64,000 bases of DNA from Clostridia bacterium. GTDB lineage: Bacteria > Bacillota > Clostridia > Peptostreptococcales > Anaerovoracaceae. Location of the stretch: NCBI GenBank assembly GCA_024403115.1, contig JAKSSL010000003.1, positions 8,031 through 72,030 of the forward strand. The letters run 5' to 3'. This document shows positions 56,760 to 64,000 of this stretch, in pieces (the first letter of the stretch is position 1; each line of letters begins with the position of its first letter). The translations under genes were made by a program, and so were the position numbers. The notes beneath the pieces were generated by a model. It was given only the letters and a program-made list of their open reading frames with translations, made no database searches and had not been told where the DNA came from.

Positions 56760-58312
56760 TGTATAGAATTAGTCAAATAAAGCTACAATTAAATGAGGAT
56801 AAGAGCAAACTGCCTATTAAAATCGAGAATCTATTGAGACGAAACTTAGGGATTTCTGATCTTATGATTGATCACTATGAAATAGTGAAGGAATCCTTGG
56901 ATTCTCGCAAGAAGGACCAGATAAAACGGGTTTACACTGTAGATTTTTCCGCAGTGAGCAAAAGGAATCCTAAGAAACATTTAAAACTTGAGGCCAACGA
57001 CAAATTGCACTTAAGCTTGGCCAAGAGCAGAGATTACGAGAGCGTGAAGCTTAATAAGTCTATTGATACTAGACCTGTGGTAGTTGGATTTGGACCAGCG
57101 GGAATATTTGCAGCTCTTACCTTAGCACGAGGGGGAGCAAGGCCCATAGTCTTGGAAAGAGGCGAGGATGCCCTTAGCCGTAGCAAGAGCGTAAGAAAAT
57201 TCTGGGATGAAGGCGTTTTAAATCCTGAATCAAATGTGCAATTTGGAGAGGGAGGAGCTGGAACTTTTTCTGACGGCAAGCTGACTACAGGAATAAAGGA
57301 TCCTAGAATTTATAGGGTGCTTAGAGATTTCGTGTGGGCAGGTGCAAAGGAGAGCATACTTTATGAGCAAAAACCTCATTTGGGTACAGACCTTCTTGTC
57401 AATTTAGTTGTTAAGCTTAGAAAAGAAATAGAAAGGCTAGGAGGAGAAGTCAGGTTCAATTCAAAGCTAGAGGCTTTTGAGAGAGAAGGAGACAAATGGG
57501 CCTTGAAGGTGAACGGTGAAAAGATTCTTACTGATGATTTGATTCTTGCCATTGGCCACAGCGCTCGAGACACTTTCCAAGTTTTGAAAGAAAGTGGTAT
57601 TTCCATGGAACAAAAACCATTTTCCATAGGCTTTAGAATTGAACATCCTCAGGATTTAATAGATATAGCACAGTATGGAAAGACGGCTAGGGAATTAGGC
57701 CTACCCGTTGCATCATATAAGCTTTCCTGCCATTTGGATAATGGTCGTGGGGTGTATAGCTTTTGTATGTGCCCAGGTGGAGAGATTATAGATGCATCAT
57801 CTGTTGACGGATACAAAGTGGTAAATGGAATGAGTAATTCCGCTAGAGATAGTGGGAAAGCTAACAGTGCAATACTCTGTGATGTGAAAAGCTCTGATTT
57901 TGAATCGGAGGATGTATTGGCTGGAGTTAGATTCCAAGAGAAATATGAGAAAATGGCTTATGAATATGGCAAGGGCAAAGTGCCAGTTTCCAATTATGGA
58001 GAATTCAAAATGGGAAAAGGCCCAGTAGCCATGTCTTTACCAGCTTTTGCCAAAGATAGCATAAATATGGCAATGCCTGAATTTGCCAAAAAGATTAAAG
58101 GATTTGACGGCGATCAAGTTCTGATAAAGGGGATAGAAAGTCGTAGCTCATCTCCTGTAAGGATATTGAGAAATGAGCTTTGTGAGAGCATTAATATTCC
58201 AGGTATATATCCATGTGGAGAAGGTGCAGGATATGCAGGTGGAATAATGAGTGCGGCAGTGGATGGAATTAGAGTAGCAGAGAGCGTAATAAATAAGTAT
58301 AATAATAAATAG
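56759..58312 (+). CDS. FAD-dependent protein (COG2509-like oxidoreductase)
   Basis: VVGFGPAGIFAAL, GGAGTFSDGKL, C-terminal CGEGAGYAGGI. Confidence 0.75.
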   Translation: MYRISQIKLQLNEDKSKLPIKIENLLRRNLGISDLMIDHYEIVKESLDSRKKDQIKRVYTVDFSAVSKRNPKKHLKLEANDKLHLSLAKSRDYESVKLNKSIDTRPVVVGFGPAGIFAALTLARGGARPIVLERGEDALSRSKSVRKFWDEGVLNPESNVQFGEGGAGTFSDGKLTTGIKDPRIYRVLRDFVWAGAKESILYEQKPHLGTDLLVNLVVKLRKEIERLGGEVRFNSKLEAFEREGDKWALKVNGEKILTDDLILAIGHSARDTFQVLKESGISMEQKPFSIGFRIEHPQDLIDIAQYGKTARELGLPVASYKLSCHLDNGRGVYSFCMCPGGEIIDASSVDGYKVVNGMSNSARDSGKANSAILCDVKSSDFESEDVLAGVRFQEKYEKMAYEYGKGKVPVSNYGEFKMGKGPVAMSLPAFAKDSINMAMPEFAKKIKGFDGDQVLIKGIESRSSSPVRILRNELCESINIPGIYPCGEGAGYAGGIMSAAVDGIRVAESVINKYNNK

Positions 58313-58322
58313 GAGGCGCATT

Positions 58323-59216
58323 ATGAGGTTTTTAATCGTTGATGCTTTTACTGAAAGCGTGTTTGGAGGCAACCCTGCAGGTATTGTTATCTTAGACAAG
58401 GGAATGGATTTCCCATCAGATGAAATTATGGTAAAAACAGCTGCTGAACTTAGATATTCAGAAACAGCTTTTATTAAACAATTGGGAGAAAAAGAGTTTA
58501 ATATTAGATATTTCACTCCTGCAGCAGAAGTTGAACTTTGCGGACATGCTACAATCGGTTCTTTTGCAGCAATGTTGCACCTAGGCATGATTAAGGACAA
58601 CGATATTTACATGAATCATACTTTGTCAGGAGACTTAAACATCAAGGTAGAAAACGGATATGTTATGATGGACATGGCATCTCCTGTTAAGATCAATGAG
58701 ATTTCTACAAGAGAAGCTATCGATGAATTATATGAAATCATGGGAGTAAAATATGATGAAAGCTTGGGCTTGATTCCACAAATGATTTCAACAGGTTTGA
58801 TAGATATAATGATGCCTGTAAAGGATGAAGTTGAGCTGGAGAAGATTGACCCTGATATGAAGGCTTTAACAGAATTATCCAGAAAATATGAAGTTGTTGG
58901 AGTTCATGCTTTCACAGCAGATGTAAAAGCCGTAGAAATAGCAGGAGAAGATCAATTACAAACTCACGCTAGAAACTTTGCTCCTCTATATGATATAGAT
59001 GAAGAAGCAGCAACTGGAACTTCCAATGGTGCTTTGACATATTATTTCTATCTAAACGATATGCTTTTACCTTCAAAGAAGTGCAAGGTAATTCAAGGAG
59101 AAAAGATGCAAAGACCGTCAGTTATTATGACATCCTTGGAAGAAAAAGCTGATGGACAATTAATTCAAGTCGGCGGAAGTGCTGTCGTACTTGCAGAAGG
59201 AGAAATTTATTTATAA
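58323..59216 (+). CDS. PhzF-family isomerase-like protein
   Basis: VDAFT...F.GNPA.V, SETAF, and two-domain PhzF/DapF-like length (297 aa). Confidence 0.85.
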   Translation: MRFLIVDAFTESVFGGNPAGIVILDKGMDFPSDEIMVKTAAELRYSETAFIKQLGEKEFNIRYFTPAAEVELCGHATIGSFAAMLHLGMIKDNDIYMNHTLSGDLNIKVENGYVMMDMASPVKINEISTREAIDELYEIMGVKYDESLGLIPQMISTGLIDIMMPVKDEVELEKIDPDMKALTELSRKYEVVGVHAFTADVKAVEIAGEDQLQTHARNFAPLYDIDEEAATGTSNGALTYYFYLNDMLLPSKKCKVIQGEKMQRPSVIMTSLEEKADGQLIQVGGSAVVLAEGEIYL

Positions 59217-59437
59217 TGAGAAAAGATTTTGACGTAAGCGGAATGGGATGTGCCGCTTGTAGCGCTCGTATTGAAAATGGTTTAAATGGAACTGAGGGTG
59301 TTATCAAGGCGGAAGTAAGTCTTCTTACTAATTCCATGACTGTGGATTTTGATGAAAAAATAATAGATGAAGAGGGAATTTGCCAAAAGGTTAGAGACCT
59401 TGGCTATGACGCAAGCTTAAAAAATCCCAGGCAATGA
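59216..59437 (+). CDS. Heavy-metal-associated (HMA) domain ORF, the detached N-terminal domain of copA (CopZ-like product)
   Basis: GMGCAAC metal-binding loop and a ferredoxin-like 70-aa fold. TAATG-coupled to the PhzF-like gene. Ends at a TGA just after an A6 run. Confidence 0.8.
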   Translation: MRKDFDVSGMGCAACSARIENGLNGTEGVIKAEVSLLTNSMTVDFDEKIIDEEGICQKVRDLGYDASLKNPRQ

Positions 59438-61157
59438 TGAGCTAGCTGAAAAAGCAAAGCCCTTTGTAGATTTCACTCAAGTCAAGGATGAGCTTAAGAA
59501 AAGGTTCATTGTATCTTTGATTTGCCTCGCTGTAATACTATTCTTGTCCATCTTTGGAAAGAGCGTTTTTGCAGGCTTGGAATGGGGTATTATTGCCTTT
59601 GCTCAGCTGGTCCTATCCTTGGTGGTGATAATTGTTAACAGGGCTTTCTTCGTAAATGGCTTTATAAGCTTAATAAATAGAGCTCCTAATATGGACAGCT
59701 TGGTAATGCTTGGTTCTGGAATAGCTTTCTTATGGAGCCTTTGCCTATTATTAGCTGACCTAGGAGGCGAAAAGCTTAACACAGTATTTTCTGACAGTTT
59801 GTATTTCGAATCTTCGGCTATGATACTTACCCTTGTAACCTTGGGCAAGTTTTTGGAGGCTGGAGCCAAGAATAAAAGTGGTAAAGCCATTAACCTTCTT
59901 GTGGAAATGCATCCTGATACGGTTTGGGTAATACGAGATGGTGAAGAGCTGAGGGTTAAGGAAAGCGCTGTAAGAGTGGGAGAAATAGCTGTGCTATATC
60001 CTGGAGAGATTGCGGCCTTTGACGGTACAGTCTTAGAAGGAGATGCTAGGATCAATCAGTCAGCAGTTACTGGTGAAAGCCAATTGGTTCCCGTAAGAAA
60101 AGGCGATAAGATAATCAGCGGTACAACTAGTATGGGATCCCTGAGCAAAACTTTTGCAAATCCTAATCTGGATGACAGCAAATTGCTATACAGGGTAGAA
60201 ACTGTTGGAGCTGATACCAGCTTGGCTAGGATTATTTCCTTGGTAGAAGAGGCAAGTAATTCCAAGGCACCAATATCTAGACTGGCCGATAAGATTAGTG
60301 GAATTTTCGTACCTAGCGTTATGGCTTTAGCTGTAGTCGTTTTTGCCATATGGCTTATTGCAAGTGGCGAAATAGATTTGGCACTGAACATGGCCGTTTC
60401 CGTTTTGCTTATTTCTTGCCCGTGCGCTTTGGGCCTTGCAACACCTCTTGCTATTATGATAGCCAGTGGCAAAGGGGCTCAGCAGGGAATAATCATCAAA
60501 AATGGCGAGATTCTGGAAAAGCTAAAGGATATAGATTTAGTTGTATTTGATAAGACTGGAACTCTTACTGAGGGTGCACCTTTGGATGAGGAGCATAAAG
60601 ACAGTCTTAAAGATAGCGCAAAAGCAACAGTATCAGCCTTGAAGGAAATGGGCATTAAAACTGTGATGCTTTCAGGGGATAAGAAGGAAATCGCTGAAGA
60701 AATAGCCAATAAAGCCGGTTTAGATGATTATGTGGCAGAAGTCCTGCCAGACGGCAAAGAGGCTGTAATTAGATCATATCAAGAGCAGTCCTATACTGTA
60801 TCCATGGTTGGAGATGGTATAAATGATGCTCCTGCACTGGTACGTTCCAATATTGGTATGGCCATTGGAAATGGCACAGATATTGCAATTGAGAGTGCAG
60901 ATGTGATATTATTAAACAATAGTTTATTTTCAGTAGTTAATGCCATTAAGCTTGGCAAAGACACTGTGAAAAATATTAAAAGAAGTCTTTTCTGGGCTTT
61001 CTTTTACAACATTATTTGTATACCTGTAGCAGCAGGTGTTTTATATCCGGCATTTGGGATTTTATTAAATCCTATGATTGCAGCGGCAGCGATGAGTTTT
61101 AGCTCCTTGTCCGTTGTATTAAATGCCTTAAGTTTATGGAGGAAAAATGGGAAATAG
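59421..61157 (+). pseudogene. copA: P1B-type copper ATPase (CopA) body: frame-shifted away from its HMA domain and lacking the nucleotide-binding domain
   Basis: The frame is open from 59421 (KIPGNDELAEKAKPFVDFTQVKDELKKRFIVSL..). TGES, CPC, DKTGT and GDGINDAP are present. Only about 41 aa separate DKTGT from the (M)LSGD hinge, with no SEHPL/GxG N-domain. The track ORF starts at TTG 59517. Confidence 0.75.
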
Positions 61158-62505
61158 TATTAAAGAAAGAGAACAATTTAGCTCTCATATAGGATTCGTT
61201 TTAGCTTGTACCGGTTCAGCAGTAGGTATGGGCAATATTTGGCGTTTCCCTATTATGATTTCTAATTATGGCGGTCTTACTTTCTTAATTCCATATTTGA
61301 TATTTGTAGCTCTTATTGCGAAGACAGGAGTTATGGAGGAATTTGCTTTCGGAAGAGCGGCTATGGGAGGCCCTGTAGATGCCTTCGGAATGGCTATGGA
61401 AACCAAGGGTAAGAGGAAACTGGGCGAACTGATTGGCGCAATTCCAGTACTAGGATCTTTGGGACTAGCCATAGGTTACACTGTTGTAATGGGCTGGATA
61501 ACAAAGTACACTTACATGTCATTCTCAGGGGAACTATATAGCATGGGTTCAGACATGGATGCAATAGGTGGAACTTTTGGAACTACAGCATCAGCAGGGG
61601 GAGCAGATTCATGGATCATTATTATCGCAATGCTTACTTTTGTTATACTGGCAATAGGCGTAAGCGATGGTATTGAAAGAATAAACAAGATATTAATGCC
61701 AGCTCTATTTGTATTGTTTGTAATATTGGCAGTCTATATAGCATTTTTACCTGGAGCATCAGAGGGATATAGATACATTTTCACTTTGGATCCTAAGGCC
61801 ATGATTAATCCAGAACTTTTAGTATTTGCTTTTGGTCAAGCCTTCTTCTCTCTATCAGTTGCAGGTAACGGTTCAATTATTTACGGTTCATATTTACCAA
61901 AGAATGAATCCGTTGTAAAAGCGGCAAACAGAGTTGCTATATTTGACACAATCGCAGCAGTTCTAGCCACTTTGGTTATCCTGCCAGCTATGGCAGCAGT
62001 TTTAGGTGAAAAGCCTGAATCAGGTGGCCCTGGATTGATGTTTATCTATCTTGTTAAAGTATTTAATGAAATGCCTTTGGGAAGAATCATCGGAGTTGTA
62101 TTCTTCGTTGGCGTATTCTTTGCAGGTATTTCTTCAATAATTAACCTGTATGAGGTATCTGTTGCTCATATTTATGAGAGAACAAAGCTTGTGAAGCATA
62201 ATGAAAAGGGTAGAGCTTTGGCATCTGGAGTTATTATTGCGGTAGGTGCTTTTGCAGCAATTCTAATCCAAGCTATTACTTCACAATGGATGGATGCGGT
62301 ATCCATTTACATTTGTCCTTTGGGAGCAGCCTTGGCAGGAATTATGTTCTTCTGGGTATTAGGAAAAGATTTTGCAATCAGAGAAACAAGCATGGGCTCA
62401 GACAAAAAGCTAGGAGATGCATATTACTATGCAGGTAAATATGTTTACTGTATCTTAGCTGTTGTTGCTTTAATAGCAGGAGCTATGCTGGGAGGAATCG
62501 GCTGA
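61147..62505 (+). CDS. Sodium-dependent transporter, neurotransmitter:sodium symporter (NSS/SNF) family
   Basis: N-terminal signature G.A.G.GNIWRFP. Polytopic, 452 aa. Confidence 0.88.
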   Translation: MGNSIKEREQFSSHIGFVLACTGSAVGMGNIWRFPIMISNYGGLTFLIPYLIFVALIAKTGVMEEFAFGRAAMGGPVDAFGMAMETKGKRKLGELIGAIPVLGSLGLAIGYTVVMGWITKYTYMSFSGELYSMGSDMDAIGGTFGTTASAGGADSWIIIIAMLTFVILAIGVSDGIERINKILMPALFVLFVILAVYIAFLPGASEGYRYIFTLDPKAMINPELLVFAFGQAFFSLSVAGNGSIIYGSYLPKNESVVKAANRVAIFDTIAAVLATLVILPAMAAVLGEKPESGGPGLMFIYLVKVFNEMPLGRIIGVVFFVGVFFAGISSIINLYEVSVAHIYERTKLVKHNEKGRALASGVIIAVGAFAAILIQAITSQWMDAVSIYICPLGAALAGIMFFWVLGKDFAIRETSMGSDKKLGDAYYYAGKYVYCILAVVALIAGAMLGGIG

Positions 62506-63467
62506 TGAGAAATATCTTTATAATTAATCCATGCGCAGGTCAGGGAAAGAATATCGATGCTTTGAAAAGCGAGATTACAAAGACTTGTAAGAAAATGGGC
62601 ATCCCAGCAGAAATATACATTACGAATTTTGTTGGCGATGCTACAGACTATGTGAGAAAACTTGGTGAGGAAACTATAGGTCAGGAGCTTAGAATTATTG
62701 CCTGTGGTGGGGATGGTACACTAAACGAAGTTGTAAATGGTGCCATTGGTTATGAACACATTACAGTGGGAGTAATCCCTGTAGGAACAGGTAATGACTA
62801 CGTTAGGAACTATGGGGATCCTAAGTTTTTCATGTCTGTAAAAGAACAGCTTTTGGGAAAAGCAAAAGCCGTTGACGTGATTAAATACGAAGGCGTATTA
62901 AACGACCGATTTGAAACCAGATATTGTATTAATATGTTCAATGTGGGTTTTGACTGCAATGTGGTTGATAAAACAGCGGAGCTTAAGGAAAAGCCTTTGC
63001 TTAGCGGTAGCACTGCCTATCTTGCAGGTGTTGCAAACATATTGATCAAGAAAAAGGGCGAGAACTTGAGAATTATTGTAGAGGATGAAGTGGTTCATGA
63101 AGGTCCTTTACTACTGACAGCAATAGCTTGTGGTTCCTACTGCGGAGGTGGCGTTTACAGTTCGCCTCAGGCAAAAACCGATGATGGCCTTATGGATGTT
63201 AATGTGATCAAGGATATGTCCAGAACTAAGTTCATCAGTCTTTTCCCTAAATACAGCAAAGGAACACACTTTGAGGTTGAGGGCATTGATCGTTTTATTA
63301 ATGCAAAAGCTTGCAAGAGCGCAAGGATTGAACCCCTTGATAAATCAGGCATTATGAGACTTTGCGTTGATGGTGAAATCGTTGATGCTGGAGATGTAAA
63401 TTTCGAGATGGTTCCCCTTGCAATTCGATTCAATATACCAGAGAAATTGGTGGATAAAAATTTGTAA
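62505..63467 (+). CDS. Diacylglycerol/lipid kinase family protein (YegS/DagK-like)
   Basis: NP.AG, the GGDGT motif, and P.GTGND. Confidence 0.85.
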   Translation: MRNIFIINPCAGQGKNIDALKSEITKTCKKMGIPAEIYITNFVGDATDYVRKLGEETIGQELRIIACGGDGTLNEVVNGAIGYEHITVGVIPVGTGNDYVRNYGDPKFFMSVKEQLLGKAKAVDVIKYEGVLNDRFETRYCINMFNVGFDCNVVDKTAELKEKPLLSGSTAYLAGVANILIKKKGENLRIIVEDEVVHEGPLLLTAIACGSYCGGGVYSSPQAKTDDGLMDVNVIKDMSRTKFISLFPKYSKGTHFEVEGIDRFINAKACKSARIEPLDKSGIMRLCVDGEIVDAGDVNFEMVPLAIRFNIPEKLVDKNL

Positions 63468-63476
63468 AATAGCATT

Positions 63477-63507
63477 AAAATGACATTAAATTAATGTCAT
63501 TTTTTTT
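63477..63507 (+). terminator. Rho-independent terminator after the lipid kinase gene
   Basis: AAAATGACATTAA-A-TTAATGTCATTTT followed by a T-run. Confidence 0.8.
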
Positions 63508-63508
63508 G

Positions 63509-63537
63509 TTGACTTTATGTAGATAAAGTGGTAAAAT
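63509..63537 (+). promoter_or_regulatory. SigA-type promoter for the downstream antiporter gene
   Basis: TTGACT (63509-63514), 17-nt spacer ending in TG-N, TAAAAT (63532-63537). Confidence 0.55.
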
Positions 63538-63639
63538 TGTGTGTAATAAAAAGTGTGTTTATGCCTATAGATGGGCATTTACAATATTTTTATTTATTCA
63601 TTTTTATTATTTAAAATTTTAAGAAAGGACTTATTAAAA

Positions 63640-64000
63640 ATGAAAGCAGCAATCAAATTTTTGCCAGTAATCACATTGGCAGCTTTGATGGTACTAGGCG
63701 TAGATGCTTTATTAGCAGCTCCAATCGCTTGGTTAGTAGCTGTTGTAATCGCTAAGTTATGCGATGGCTACAAATTCCAAGAAATCCTAGACGCATCAAT
63801 GGCAAGTGTTAGCAACATTCTAGTAGCATTATTCATCTTAATGTTCGCTTATGGTATGGCTAACGTATTTATGGCAACAGGTGTAGGTGCATCAGTTATC
63901 AGAATCGCACTTGACCTAGGTATCACAGCTCAAACTGTTGCAGTTGTAGCATTATGCTCAACAGGTATCCTATCAGTAGCAACTGGTACTTCATGGGGTA
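63640..64000 (+). CDS. Na+/H+ antiporter NhaC-like membrane protein, 3'-truncated by the window edge
   Basis: Open frame from ATG 63640 (MKAAIKFLPVITLAALMVLG...) to the end of the window. Hydrophobic, and ends in the ..ATGTSWG motif seen in NhaC-family proteins. Not in the ORF track because it has no stop. Confidence 0.6.
   Translation, partial: MKAAIKFLPVITLAALMVLGVDALLAAPIAWLVAVVIAKLCDGYKFQEILDASMASVSNILVALFILMFAYGMANVFMATGVGASVIRIALDLGITAQTVAVVALCSTGILSVATGTSWG

Noticed and set aside
63538-63639. A small hairpin (ATGCC-TATAGAT-GGCAT) followed by a T-rich tract in the 5' UTR of the NhaC-like gene, considered as an attenuator or riboswitch.
   Set aside because: The stem is only 5-6 bp in very AT-rich sequence, and there is no conserved riboswitch core. 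The evidence is insufficient.
1-64000. A search for rRNA, tRNA, CRISPR arrays, IS/transposase genes, integrases, phage genes, toxin-antitoxin pairs and restriction or defence genes.
   Set aside because: None was recognised. All intergenic regions longer than 100 nt (15104-15247, 15974-16219, 41218-41318, 52224-52401, 63468-63639) are accounted for by terminators and promoters. No ORF has transposase, integrase or defence-system motifs.

Overview
This 64 kb window comes from a low-GC Firmicute chromosome. Gene order suggests Clostridia or Tissierellia, but the sequence alone does not fix the taxon. It is almost entirely core genes, and 58 of the 59 coding features called lie on the + strand, tightly packed and often translationally coupled.

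**Gene content, left to right**
- typA, an MscS channel, pyruvate carboxylase, then phoH-ybeY-cdd-era-recO.
- A DUF4342/UBA-like protein, glyQS and ppdK.
- A terminator-flanked MerR/TipAS regulator.
- A dcw cell-wall and division cluster: mraZ-rsmH-ftsL-PBP-murF-mraY-murD-ftsW-murG-ftsQ-ftsZ.
- A TrmH-family gene, pheST, zapA, mutS2, a DUF523 gene and argS.
- An unusual cell-envelope locus at 37.3-43.4 kb.
- A nucleoside-salvage cluster: rbsK, a nucleoside hydrolase, an SDR, deoC and an MTAN-like gene.
- An M16 peptidase, dut, a dGTPase-like gene, gdhA (the only minus-strand gene), mgtE and a split transketolase.
- Two FAD proteins, a PhzF-like gene, a broken copA, an NSS transporter, a DagK-like kinase and the start of an NhaC-like antiporter.

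I saw no rRNA, tRNA, CRISPR array, IS element or prophage.

**Most interesting signal (37298-43432)**
- Two diverged MurT-like ligase / GatD-like pairs flank a membrane-anchored NlpC/P60 endopeptidase and an ATP-grasp ligase.
- Both MurT-like proteins keep their ATP-ligase motifs and the Cys4 zinc ribbon.
- Both GatD-like partners lack the Cys and His of the glutamine-amidotransferase active site.
- This points to a MurT/GatD-derived system that no longer hydrolyses glutamine. It may be an uncharacterised peptidoglycan stem or branch modification, or polyamide ligation.

**Secondary observations**
- copA is split at an A6 run and also lacks its nucleotide-binding domain.
- Three phased AAAAGTGG boxes, the MraZ operator type, sit at the dcw promoter.
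- The dcw cluster has no murE and no ftsA, and carries an internal terminator.
- The MerR regulator has a classic 19-bp-spacer palindromic operator.
- The MTAN-like enzyme has Asn at the general-acid Asp position.

All calls rest on reading the translations and DNA by eye. No alignments, HMM searches or folding calculations were run.
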